A DNA stretch of 53,349 nucleotides from Spongospora subterranea f. sp. subterranea (lineage: Eukaryota): assembly GCA_049724395.1 (NCBI GenBank), contig JAUGWO010000082.1, positions 248,001 through 301,349 of the forward strand, in the 5' to 3' direction. The position numbers and the translations under genes are program-made. The notes below the pieces were generated by a model. It was given only the letters and a program-made list of their open reading frames with translations. It did not search any database and was not told the DNA's origin. This document shows, one piece after another, positions 24,456-37,212 of this stretch; position 1 is the first letter of the stretch; each line of letters starts with the position of its first letter.

Positions 24456-27274
24456 ATGGGTTCCGTTGAGACCGTCGCCTTTGCGCTCGTCATTGGATGC
24501 CCAATTATCGGGCTCATTGCCGCCTTGATCTTCTTCTTGCAAACCCGCAAGATTGAGATCGATCCGTCCAGAGATCATAATTTAAACTCTAAAACTTCCG
24601 AGGTAGCTTATTTTCTATTGGTCGCTAATGCCGCTAACTTTCTTGCTTTGCTTTTCTTCAAGGAGATTGTTCACATTGTCGACGCTATCAGCGAAGGTGC
24701 TTACTCCTTTTTGTTTCGTGAATATCTGTATATGTTTTTCTTCATCGTGTAAGAACATTCGATCCTATAGTTTGCCTGCCTTATATTCATGGTTTACTGA
24801 TCAGGGCTTTTTCGGCCGTCATCGTGATTCTTGTCGGTACATCTCAAGGCGGAGCCTGGATGGACGCAGTATTAACCATGGTTTCATTTGTCGTGGGAGC
24901 TGTCACATCTATTTTGTCTGGCTTCATCGGTATGGCCATTGCTGTTTACGCCAATGGTCGTACTGCTGTCAAATGCGCGGAAAGTCTTAATGCAGGTTAG
25001 GACATAAGACGTCTTTGTTTATGAGCCCTTTTCAATTTTGTGGTATAGGGTTCGTGACTGCGTTCAAGGCAGGATCTGTTATGGGTCAGTCCTTGGTCGC
25101 TCTTGGAGTGTTTGTGCTCTTTGGACTTCTTTTGGTTCTGAACGCACACTTTGCATTTGAATCCAGCCCTGTAGGATTATATTATGTGATTGTCGGAATC
25201 GACTTAAGCTCTGTGCAGGATTCGGCCAAGCGTATGTTTGAGTGTGCTGCTGGATATGGATTGGGAGGAAGCGCTATTGCAATGTTTGCTCGTGTCGGTG
25301 GTGGAATTTACACCAAGGCTGCTGATGTCGGTGCCGATCTAGTAGGGAAATTAGAGGCCGGGATCCCAGAAGACGATCCTCGTAATCCAGCTGTCATTGC
25401 GGATAATGTTGGAGACAACGTTGGTGATATTGCTGGAATGGTAAATACTTCTGCCCTTTGAAACGTACATATCTCTCATTTGTTTCTAGGGTGCCGATCT
25501 TTTTGGCAGTTTCGCTGAAGCTACTTGCGCCGCGATGGTGCTTACAAGCACTTTGGACCCTACTCAATCTCCATTTACCTGGGCTCTTTTCCTATTTCCA
25601 GTTCTTGTCGTTGGAACTGGTACTCACCAAAAGTACCGTAATGTTTTCACATTCTGACTATTTGCAGGAATCGTTACGTCATTGGCTATTGCCATGTTTG
25701 CGCTTTATCGCCGTATCCAGTATGAGAAGGATGTTGAGCACGCGCTAAAGATGCAACTTTGGGGAACAACTCTTTTGCAGACAGTGGTCATCTTCGTTCT
25801 GGCGTTCAGCATCCTACCCAATCACATCGTCTTCTCTGCAGATCCTGAAAAAATGGTCTTTTGGTATGCAACTTTCGTATTTGCGTTCAATCGCGCGTTT
25901 ATTTTGGTTTATCCATAGGTGGGCTGTTTCTATTGCGATTTGCACGGGATTATGGTCTGGTCTGTTTATCGGTATATGCACCGAGTATTTCACTTCGAAC
26001 TCTTACGGCCCTGTTCGCGAAGTCGCCAATGCCTGCAAATCTGGTAGTCTTCTTTTTTTCCCACAGAGTTTTCATTATTCATGTCTTTACACAGGTGCTG
26101 CCACAAATGTCATTTACGGACTTGCCTTGGGTTACAAATCGGTGATTGTTCCTGTGTTCTGTCTTTGCGCTACGATCTATGTCAATCACTCCCTCTGTGG
26201 CATGTACGGAATCGCAATGGGAGCTCTAGGAATCCTTTCGACAATGTCTTGCGGACTTGCGATTGATGCCTACGGGCCCATTGCTGACAACGCTGGTGGC
26301 ATTGCCGAAATGGCGCATATGGTATTTCTATGCGACCTTGGATTTTCGCTTGGCGCCCAATTATTTCTCAGGATCACTCTGTTCGCGACACCACAGATGT
26401 CCTTGACGCAGCCGGAAATACTACTGCCGCTATTGGTAAAGGGTTCGCTATTGGTTCAGCCGCCCTTGTCAGTCTGGCTCTTTTTGGTGCATTCGTATCC
26501 CAATCTTCAGTGTTAGTGACGAACTCCAAATCAGATGATCTGTTTTTCATTTTACTTTAGGTTCGGAGGCGCAAATGGCGGTGCCCCTGTTGTCAATCTG
26601 TTGAACCCCATGGAATTTGCAGGACTCTTGTTAGGGGCCATGATTCCTTATTGGTTTTCTGCTATGACCATGAAGTCTGTTGGCAAAGCTGCGCTTGCCA
26701 TGGTTGAGGAGGTCCGCCGACAGTTCCGCGAAGATTCTGGCATTTTGTCTGGTGAATCTAGACCGGACTATAAGCGATGCATTCAAGTTTCCACTGATGC
26801 TTCTCTTTCGGAAATGATTGCTCCCGGTTGTCTAGTTATTGGAACTCCTCTGGTTGTCGGTTTGTTTTTCGGGCCACGTGCGCTTGCCGGTCTCCTTGCT
26901 GGCAGTCTCGTGTCTTCGGTGCAACTTGCCATCTCTGCTTCCAACACAGGAGGCGCTTGGGACAACGCCAAGAAGGTAAATTGACTGTCCGCATTTTTTT
27001 TCAATTATTGACGGATGCAAACAGTACATTGAGAAAGGAAACTTAGAAGGTCATCCAAAGGGTTCGGAGGCGCACAAAGCCGCTGTCGTTGGTGACACAA
27101 TTGGGGATCCTCTCAAGGATACCTCCGGCCCTGCTCTCAACATTGGTATTTCAATTTTTTCATTGTTGATGTTTATCACTAAATTTTCTGCGTTCAGTGA
27201 TGAAATTGATGGCCATTCTTTCTCTTGTCTTCGTTCACGTCTTCCCTGAACGTGGTTGGCTGCACCTGGGTTGA
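24456..27274 (+). CDS. AVP1: H+-translocating inorganic pyrophosphatase, K+-dependent (AVP1/VP1 type)
   Basis: [67 protein letters not shown] (Ala at the K+-dependence determinant), [19 protein letters not shown]. Confidence 0.96.
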
Positions 27275-28020
27275 GTTGAAAACTCTCTATGTTTCGTTTT
27301 CTTCAATACGATATATGAATACATTTCCTTCTTTGACTTCAGTACCGTGTATGCATGTTGTATTTATGCCAGGGACCCGTAACTGGATAAACATTGACCT
27401 GTACTGAGTCGCTTGATGTGCCATTTCAAAGTCAAAACCAGTCTTCCGATAGTTCCAATTGAATACTGACATTGCTGCTGAAACTGATTTCCTGATAGTG
27501 CACAGATTTTATCCATCTGGAGGTCTGATCTCTTCTCGATCCTCATGTTTCAGCTCAAGCTTTCAAACCCATTGATTTGAAACCAACTCAATCGTCTAGT
27601 GCTTGATTGGGATCGAAAAGGTGAACATGAAGTCTTTTGACATAGGCGATCAGACCGTTGCTTGATAGTATTGCTCATCAAAATGCCGTTTTTTAGCTTC
27701 GTCTTGGAACAACCAACTGAAGGGTTACCTGACCCAAGGGCAAGCGAATTGCAATTAAATGCACGGAATATTTCGACTGGAATTGATTGCCAAATAATTG
27801 AACAGCGTTCAGATCATAAGTCACAGAATTCGCTAATCGTAAACAGGTTTCCAGAAAGGATGTGAAATGGTTATGATTTTTGGAATAAAAAGACGTTCCT
27901 CTCATTCATTAAGCTATGGTTTGAGGTTTTAAAACCAGAGTTACGCGCAAAGTGTTGTGTCAGTGAATTTCGGTCCACATTCAACCGGACGTCCGGTTAA
28001 GGTGCCAAAGTGTCAGTTTC

Positions 28021-28197
28021 GTGATAGAGACCCTGAACTTCTCAAGAAGTAGATCGGATCCTTGTTTCTATTACAATCATTCCAATTCGGGAAAAGTTGT
28101 TCTACTAGCACTTCACGTTGACGATATGATCTTTGCCCACAACGACGACCATCTTATTGAAACCATTATGAGCAAATTTAATGCTGAATTCGGTATT
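28021..28197 (+). mobile_element. Ty1/copia reverse transcriptase fragment
   Basis: LNFSRSRSDPCFYY..VLLALHVDDMIFA matches the RVT_2 pattern (DPCxY, YVDD-like). Confidence 0.8.
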
Positions 28198-28319
28198 GCA
28201 CGTCCAAATTCGAGTGTCGAGACAGTTTTACAACTTCATCGAAACGTGGAGTATCATTTTGCGGTTCAGCAAACTAAGATCCGGGAGGCTACTTCATTCT
28301 CGATTACTGGAAAACGCTA

Positions 28320-29139
28320 GGGAGGTGCCGGTATCTCAGTTCGAGCATCCAAATGGTGGATGAGGAGGATGGACTCGACAATGCGGATTTTTCTGCGATC
28401 AAAAAAGTCACCGATAACAGAAATTTTTCACGAATGGAGCGCCTTGGCATGCGCCCTGATGGGTGGTTAGTCTCAGTTCATCCATGCAACTGTAATTGCC
28501 AATATTTTTTCAAGTTTGGCACTTGCGTGGCATTTTATGCATGCATGCTTTGTCACTGGCCGGCATGTGGAAGGAGTTCCTCCACCGGTCGAACGGTTGG
28601 TAAACCGGTCAATACCAGTAAACCGGTGGCGCCGCGGTCGCATTCACCGAAATGTTGATGGCCTTGCTCTGGTGTTGCCGTCCCAGGTCCGGAACCAAAT
28701 CGCCGAAACCGTGATCCAGTCGCTGGACCTGCGCTGCAGTTGGAGTTATTAACCTAATAAAAACCGTTGCGCCATGTTGCAGTCCAACGTCATCCAGGTA
28801 GCAGCAATGGAATTGGATCCCGGCACCTCAATATCGTATTCGACCAATCGGTAATGAAGTACAACCACCTCGAAACAGTCCTGTGTGTTCGACGTACAGT
28901 CTAGTGTGTTTCGTGTGTTGACGATCCAAAACATGTGTGTTGAAGTACCCCATTCCACGGTTTCGGCGATTTGGTTTCGGACCTGGGACGGCAACATCAC
29001 GGCCTCGAGCAAGGTCATTAACATTTCGGTGAATGCGACCGCGGCGCCGCCGGTTTACTGGCAGTTCGAGCATCCATTGGTGGGTGAGGGAAATGGACTC
29101 GGCAATGCGGATTTTTCTGCGATCAAAAAAGTCACCGAT
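28320..29139. mobile_element. MULE-like transposase C-terminal (SWIM) relic with rearranged duplicates
   Basis: RMERLGMRPDGWLV..CNCQYFFKFGTC (SWIM-type). 28615-28713 is inverted at 28956-29061, and 28337-28415 is repeated directly at 29062-29139. Confidence 0.6.
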
Positions 29140-29141
29140 TT

Positions 29142-29600
29142 TTGGTTGATGCGATGGATGAAATTCACAAGAGGGCTTCACGTCGCATTTCACATCAGCG
29201 ACAACAACAGCACGAGACCAGGCTGAGACGCCGCCAGGTTAAAGTAATTCATTTTGAAGTAGGCGACTACGTCCTTGTTGCAAATAACATTCAACAACAA
29301 AGTCGTAAATCGGAGTATACTTGGTCAGGACCATCACAAAGTGTGGCCATCGTGAACGAACACATTTATGTTGTTCGTGATCTGATCACGAATGAGTCTT
29401 TTCAAGTACATGTTCAACGCGTTTAAGATTTTACGACGACGCCAGCCTGACAATGACGGGCTGAGCTTTTTGAGAACATCGAAGTACGGAGTCGTCGAAT
29501 TTTTGGGCATCGCGGTTTTGGGTCGCAATAATTGGATGGACGAAATTTTCTGGTTGAATTGCGTCGAGTTTTCCACATGGGCCAAATGAACGACTCCGTC
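29142..29600 (+). mobile_element. Ty3/gypsy integrase C-terminus (GPY/F module) with a degenerate chromodomain-like tail
   Basis: FEVGDYVLV..YTWSGP..NEHIYVVRDLIT..VHVQR, followed by YGVVEFLG..IFWL..STW. Confidence 0.75.
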
Positions 29601-29946
29601 CCCGTCTCTGCTGTCGTCCAGCTAAAGAGAAAGCTTTGGGCCGCAGATGGACACCGGAAGAAGACAACGCCATCGTCTGCCAAACCCGCGCCGTCGCTCA
29701 AGCCATAATACTGCAAGGCCATGGCAGTCTCCATCCTCATATCGACAAAAGCATTGCCCGCTGGAATTCTGAGGCCGTTTCCATCGGCGCATTGTTTTAA
29801 ACGCTGCAAATGTGGTTGAAAGTCGAGCGCGACATTCGTGAATTGTTCCGGTGCCATCCATCGTCGCGGCATGCCTCCACACTTTCAAGACCGTTGAAAT
29901 CACGTCCATCGGCACAATATACTCAGCTATCTACCTTCCCACACGT

Positions 29947-30150
29947 TGCGAGCACTGCAGCTCGCGCCCGACCCCAACCCGGGCAGCATGCAAGCTGTGC
30001 GGGAAATGCTGAATCGCTGCCAAACAGGGCTGTAGCTTGCCCAATGTTCCACATTTCGGGCATTTCAGCCCTGTTTGGCAGCGATTCAGCATTTCCCGCA
30101 CAGCTTGCATGCTGCCCGGGTTGGGTCGGGCGCGAGCTGCAGTGCTCGCA
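29947..30150. repeat. Near-perfect inverted repeat (fold-back), 86/85-bp arms with a 33-nt spacer
   Basis: 29947-30032 is the reverse complement of 30066-30150 apart from a single C-run indel. Confidence 0.95.
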
Positions 30151-30251
30151 TGAGCTCTTGGCGCGCTGCGTTCATCGTGGTGTGACTCTTCCTCAGCGAA
30201 GAAAAAAAACAGAAGTTAAAGATGTACCAAATAAATTGGTTTTGGGAAGTG

Positions 30252-32085
30252 AATGCCCAGTCGAAACCCGCCAATACCCAGTCGAAACCCGCCAATAATA
30301 CCCAGTCGAAACCCGGCTATACCCCCGGTAATACCCAGTCGAAACTCGCCAATACCCAGTCGAAACCCGCCAATACCCAGTCGAAACTCGCCAATACCCA
30401 GTCGAAACCCGCCAATACCCAGTCGAAACCCGGCAATACCCAGTCCCCCGGTAATACCCAGTCGAAACTCGCCAATACCCAGTCGAAACCCGCCAATACC
30501 CAGTCGAAACTCGCCAATACCCAGTCGAAACCCGCCAATACCCAGTCGAAACTCGCCAATACCCAGTCGAAACCCGCCAATACCCAGTCGAAAATACCCA
30601 GTCGAAAATACCCAGTCGAAACTCGCCAATACCCAGTCGAAACCCGCCAATACCCAGTCGAAACCCGCCAATACCCAGTCGAAACCCGGCAATACCCAGT
30701 CGAAACTCGCCAATACCCAGTCGAAACCCGCCAATACCCAGTCGAAACCCGCCAATACCCAGTCGAAACCCGGCAATACCCAGTCGAAACCCGCCAATAC
30801 CCAGTCGAAACCCGCCAATACCCACTCGCCAATACCAACTGAAACCCGCCAATACCCAGTCGAAACTCGCCAATACCCAGTCGAAACCCGCCAATACCCA
30901 GTCGAAACTCGCCAATACCCAGTCGAAACTCGCCAATACCCAGTCGAAACTCGCCAATACCCAGTCGAAACCCGCCAATACCCAGTCGAAACCCGCCAAT
31001 ACCCAGTCGAAACCCGCCAATACCCAGTCGAAACTCGCCAATACCCAGTCGAAACCCGCCAATACCCAGTCGAAACCCGCCAATACCCAGTCGAAACCCG
31101 CCGAATAATACCCAGTCGGCAAACCCGCCAATACCCAGTCGAATACCCAGTCGAAACTCGCAATACCCAGTCGAAACCCGCCAATACCCAGTCGAAACCC
31201 GGCAATACCCAGTCGATACCCCCAGTCGGCCAATACCCAGTCGAAACCCGCTACCCAGTGCCCAGTCGAAACCCGCCAATACCCAGTCGAAACCCGCGCA
31301 ATACCCAGTCGAAACTCGCCAATACCCCAGTCGAATACCCGCCAATACCCAGTCGAAACTCGCCAATACCCAGTCGAAACTCGGCAATACCCAGTCGAAA
31401 CCCGCCAATACCCAGTCGAAACCCGGCAATACCCAGTCGAAACCCGCCAATACCCAGTCGAAACTCGCCAATACCCAGTCGAAACTCGCCAATACCCAGT
31501 CGAAACCCGCCAATACCCAGTCGAAACTCGCCAATACCCAGTCGAAACCCGCCAATACCCAGTCGAAACCCGCCAATACCCAGTCGAAACTCGCCAATAC
31601 CCAGTCGAAACTCGCCAATACCCAGTCGAAACCCGGCAATACCCAGTCGAAACCCGCCAATACCCAGTCGAAACCCGCCAATACCCAGTCGAAACTCGCC
31701 AATACCCGTCGCTCGAAACTCGCCAATACCCAGTCGAAACCCGCCAATACCCAGTCGAAACTCGCCAATACCCAGTCGAAACTCGCCAATACCCAGTCGC
31801 CAATACCCAGTCGAAACTCGCCAATACCCAGTCGAAACCCGCCAATACCCAGTCGAAACTCGGCAATACCCAGTCGAAACCCGGCAATACCCAGTCGCCA
31901 ATACCCAGTCGAAACCCGGCAATACCCAGTCGAAACCCGCGAAACCCGGCGATACACCAATACCCAGTCGAAACCCGCCAATACCCAGTCGAAACTCGCC
32001 GATACCCAGTCGAAACCCGGCGATACACAGTCGAAACCCGGCAATACCCAGTCGAAACCCGGCAATACCCAGTCGAAACTCGCCA
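30252..32085. repeat. Tandem minisatellite, 21-bp unit AATACCCAGTCGAAACYCGSC, about 85 copies
   Basis: Directly visible. Variation is mostly at two positions, plus scattered indels. No unique spacers. Confidence 0.98.
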
Positions 32086-33615
32086 TCAGCATTAGGAGCT
32101 CGTTCTCCAAACTCATCTTACTCTTCGCTCGATCTGATTCCTGAATCCCTTCACCGAACCCGCTTTTTTATCTCATGATCGGTCCATTTGCTTGCATATC
32201 TGGCTTGGAGTAGTTTACTGATAATCACGGACACCGACCTGAAAACCGATAATCGGTTTGTTGACGTGAACGGTGTCGACTCGATATATTCTCTGACAGT
32301 GTTATCGCCACTTTGATTACCTATTGAGTCCTGTAGATCACGATAGGGTTGTTAATTTTGCCCTTGACGATCGCGTCGTGGACGTTCGGTCAACGCCAGC
32401 GTTGTGCGATGGATTTAAATCGAGCTCGTCGTTTTCGACCAAACCAGAACCCTCTGAGAGTGGGATGACGTCTGGCTTACCCTCATGAACCTTCTCGAGT
32501 GCCGCCTTTTGATCGGAGATGTTGCCGATAGAGATCAGTAGCGGATCACACCAATAACAACATACTCCGAATCTGTTCGCCGCCTCTATCTCAACCAAAA
32601 CACATCTTGATTCGGCAACACGGTGTCGACACCGAATAGCACCAGATTCGAAAAAACAAATCGAACGGGAACGTCAAAAACGTGCAACGGGTGGAGGTTT
32701 CAAAGTGTTAACCGGTAAATATTGACCTCCAACCTGATGATCCGGTACGACATTTATCATCACCTAATTCGATATTCTGATGGAAAAAACTAACAGCAAA
32801 CCAACTTGATTTTGGAGAATTCAGCTTTTTTCAAAAGAAGCTGGGACTTGGCGGTGAACGTGAGTTTGAATTCTGAAATGTTGTCGCTCGTGGATAGTTC
32901 GGTAGAGAAGCAGACTTCGAAGTCTTCGAAAATGATGAAGAATTAATGTATCTGAAGCACTCCTGCTATTTTACAAAGGGGACCAAAAATCATGATTATG
33001 ATGGAGGTTGGCGCAAATACAGCTACATTCGTACCCACAACAACGCCGGCCGTATGAAGAACCTTATTGAAGAAGACCGATGGCAGTCGCATTCATAATA
33101 GAGGTGTATATTGACCGGCATTTGCTGAAACGGCCAGATACGGTTCTCTGCTAACAAACTCTGTCAAAAATACTGCAGCAATTCTGCTTGGCTAAGACCA
33201 GTTTTTTTATAAATCATATTAACCAGACGCAGCCCGATGTCTCTATCGTCAAATCCCCAACCGAGCTCGGGTTGTCTGATTCATGTGCGAATTTTTTTTC
33301 CAGAAATCATTATTGTGTTATTGAGAACCAGGGTGAGAGAGGGTTGCGAGATTGCCGTGTCGGCCGGTCCTGTGTGTGTACTACTGTGGTGGAACAAGCT
33401 GAGAGATTGCCAACTGCGACTGCTGCTCCATTGGCATACCGCACCCATTCACAGGCTAACACTGCCCGGGCCTGAAACGTTGATCGAGGGTGCGACTGTG
33501 GAGTGGGTATCGTTAAGATCACGGGTTCATTGTACAGTGTTATATTACAGGGACTGGGAGTCGCATTAATCACAATCAGAACCGATTCCTTTTTCGGTTC
33601 GGGGGATCAGTGATC

Positions 33616-33878
33616 ATGAGCAGGATCCTGGCGTTCGCTGTCGGAGGTGGGCAACCCGGGTCGTTGTCCATGTGCATAGTATATTGATGGAGGATTGCTA
33701 CAGTGGTTTCCGGGGTGTATCTGGAACAGAAGTAAGCTCCCGCCCTTCCCAGCAATACCGGACTGATTTTGGCTCTGGCGCTAGCTTCGATACGATCCCG
33801 GACGTGGCCAAAACGGCTCAGTTTATTAAAAATCGCGTGGAACAATGGCAAGAAGATAATCGTAAAAGCCCGAAGTAA
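33616..33878 (+). CDS. STMP1: Short transmembrane mitochondrial protein 1 (STMP1/DUF4535) homolog, 50 aa, 3 exons
   Basis: Exons 33616-33646, 33704-33731 and 33785-33878, with GT-AG introns of 57 and 53 nt, give MSRILAFAVGVVSGVYLEQNFDTIPDVAKTAQFIKNRVEQWQEDNRKSPK. This fits the family pattern GxxxGxYLxQNYxxP. Confidence 0.85.
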
Positions 33879-34844
33879 ATCAAATGTATTTTAATTGATT
33901 ATCGCATGGCCTCGACCATACTCTGAATATTTTGCTCAACACGTAATCAGCTATCAGATTATATTGTTCAGGAACACGGTACCAGGTTCAGGACTCTGAT
34001 ATGTCTCCTCCTCCAGGAAACTTTTAATAAACACTGCATTGGCTCGAGGCTGGCAATTTCAGGAGGGTGATTAATTTCCTGGAGATCTCAACAACTTGAT
34101 CAAATTACCAGACTCTGGTTTTTTCAGAAAGTCCTATAGAGTTGCTGTGCGGAAACAAACTTATCCATTTTTCCATCGCGTTTTGACGAAATTTGATAAG
34201 AGCTCAACAAAAAGTTTAGTCTTTCAAAAGTTGATGTCTTGTTCTTTTAAAATGAATAAGTCTCTCATTAATGTTTTGAGGAAATCCACAAGCAGTTAAA
34301 ACATTGATGAAACATTTATTCAAGTTAATGAAACGAAGTAAATTGTTGAAGAAATGGGCATTTTATTGAATTCATATTGAATTTCGTGAAAACCGCTATG
34401 GATATATTGATAAGATTGTTAGTATTGTAGAGTTATAATTGGATTATGAATAAAAGTGTTACGTAGTTGTAGAAAACTTTACACAATTGATAAATGTTTT
34501 TTAATTGACATCAGACTGATATGAAACACATATCACATTGGGAAATAGCAAATAATGGGCGTTATTTTCCCATATCTGCAATTTTCCAACTCATTGGTTC
34601 CAGACGTTTGCTGAGCTGTCAACAAATCCAAATAATCAAATGATGATTCCGTACGAAATCGGCGACACCCGTTGGTCCAACGGGGACATACATTAGTGCG
34701 ATGGCCATATATAGCGATGGTGAAGAGAGATAATCCGTGTATGGGAATATGCCGTCACGGAGTCCGTCACCCCAATCCTCCCCATATTCCCCACCCCTCC
34801 ATTCGTCGTTGGGCGTTGAGACAGTATCCGTCGGGCAGACAGAC

Positions 34845-35793
34845 ATGGGTTTCATCAAGGTCGTCAAGAACAAGGCGTACTACAAGCGGTTCCAGGTCAA
34901 ATACCGCCGCCGTCGCGAAAACAAGACCGATTACTACGCGCGTCAGCGATTAGTGACCCAGGACAAGAACAAATACGCCACCCCGAAATACCGATTCGTG
35001 GTGCGTATCACGAACCGCGACGTGATCTGCCAGATCTTCTCTGCCGATCTAACCCACGATAAGTGCCTGGTCGCCGCCTACTCCCATGAGCTATCCCGAT
35101 ATGGAATGCCCGTCAAGGGCAACACCAACTACGCCTGCGCCTACGCCACCGGCCTGCTCTTGGCCCGCCGAGTCAACAAGAAGTACGGCCTCGACTACGA
35201 GGGCGTTGTTGACGCCACCGGTGAGCCATTCATTGTCACTCCAGATGAGGACGCCGAGAACGCCAAGAAGCCGTTCAAGGCGCTTCTCGACGTCGGTCTT
35301 CGCTCGTACAACAACGGGCGCCCGTATATTCGGGGCATTGAAGGGAGCTGTCGATGGAGGTCTGAACGTCCCCCACTCCGAGAAGAGATTCCCGGGTAGC
35401 TCGAAGTCCGAGGGCGAATGGGTCTACGACCCCGAGCTGCACAAGAAGCTGATCTTCGGTGGACACGTCGCCCAATACATGGAGCAGCTCGAGGAGAACG
35501 ATCCCGAGACCTACCAGAAGCAGTTCTCGAGCTTCATCAAGGCCGGCGTCAAGGCCGGGTCGATCGAGGCCATGTACAAGAAGATGCACGCCGCCATCCG
35601 CAAAGACCCGATGGTCAAGCGTGGCGCTCTGGAACTGGGCAGCTTCAAGACCCGTAAACAGCCGAAACCAGCCGAGAAACCTGCCACACAGCCCAAATTC
35701 AACAAGATCCGCATGTCGATCCAGGAGAAGAAGGGACGTATCAAACAGAAATTGCAGGCGATGGGCCTCAAAACTATCGATATCACGGCTTAG
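34845..35793 (+). CDS. RPL5: 60S ribosomal protein L5 (uL18), intronless, one +1 frameshift at ~35301
   Basis: [35 protein letters not shown], then [37 protein letters not shown]; strong C-ending codon bias. Confidence 0.96.
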
Positions 35794-37212
35794 GATGAAT
35801 TTTCGTTATAAATCTACTAACCAGCTCGTTTTATCGAATCGTCATCGCTTCTTGTTGTCAAACGCGATAGATATCGGGTGTTGTTTGTCGCCCGTGACCA
35901 TGATCGAACACTTGTGTCCAGAACAGAACTGAGGGTGGTTGGCGAACTTCGCACGGTCTCGTCGACCCATTTGGGGCAACGAAGGGCATGGTCGCGGCAG
36001 AAGTTATATCGGTCATGGGGTAGTACCGGCCCCCTCGATCTCCAATGAGACCTGCATCATGGCGCCCGTTAACACATCCGGTTCGGTCCGCTCTTCCGAT
36101 CAATACTCGCCCGGACATCCCTAACGCGACTCGTTCTACAACTTTGTTCTTTGATATGTGAACAACGCCAAATACGACAATGACGATGTCCTAGCCATTG
36201 TCCAGACTTCAACGCGTCGACTAGACACCTTTCCGTCCTGAGACATCAGGCTGCAGTATTGTCTATGGTTCGGGTTTGTATTGAGGAAGTGCGGCCGACA
36301 TTATCAATCCTGTCAATGGGAATCGCCTCGAATCCTCGTCCTTTCCTGGCGGTAATGAAATGAAAGAATGGGAGAAGTTCAAGGCGCTGTTTGTAAAACT
36401 GTTTTACGGGTGTCCAGTTCCTTTACCCATTTTGATTGATATTTGTTGACAGGAAAACTCCCCGTGATGAAGGTGTTGTTATGATAAACCATCATCTCCT
36501 TCATGTTGTTCCACAAACCCCCAACAGTCTCCAACACCATCTCTTCCCTTCGACCAATCCTCACTACGGTCCAACCAAAATTACTTGGGCGCTTTCTCCT
36601 TCTTTATAATGATTAGCGGTGCCGGTGGGTTATCGAATAACACGTCCATGAGACCTTGAGTATATGACGCTCCGCCTGCCTCCTTCTGGTTCAGTGACTC
36701 AGAGATCGTGGCCAATATTCGTCCAGAATATATTCGCATCGGTGAACTTCACACTCCAACCAGAGAAAGTTGACTGTTATAATAACTGACAAGGACAACT
36801 GTATTACTACAATACAGACATTATTACGAAAATAACCGTGATAGAAATTTAGAACAAGTAAACAGCACCAAGCGGATAATAGAACAAAATACAAGAATAT
36901 AAAAACAATGCCAAATACGTAACAAAAACGCACCAAAGAATATCAACGTAAAAATGAAAAGGCGGAATACGATAGACTCAGTTTGACGCGATACGTTAAA
37001 AAACTCAACGTTGATTGAATTAAACTACGAAATAGATTCGGGACCAGCTGAATTGGCATTTGTTCAGCGACCTCGAAACTTGCGACCCCATAGCTTACCG
37101 CAACATCAAGCGAAAAGGGGCGTTTACTGAACCCCCGCAGCGATCTACGAAAGAAGCAAATGGAGCTGGCCAACCTTGGTGATAACGAGGTACCCGACTT
37201 TCGAATGTAATA

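Noticed and set aside
30252..32085. CRISPR array or telomeric repeat
   Set aside because: There are no unique spacers and no cas genes, the context is eukaryotic, and the unit is internal and unlike short G-rich telomere repeats.
30193..32178. Long ORFs (200-640 aa) in all six frames
   Set aside because: They are an artefact of a stop-free 21-bp unit. Indels switch frames freely, so there is no sign of coding constraint.
32090..33450. Possible spliced minus-strand gene running toward the repeat array
   Set aside because: No confident exon chain or homology.
34000..34560. AT-rich segment suspected to be a non-autonomous TE
   Set aside because: No TIRs, target-site duplication or second copy found in the window.
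35858..36650. Possible multi-exon minus-strand gene downstream of RPL5
   Set aside because: Splice-like signals are present, but the product is unrecognisable and the phases are ambiguous.
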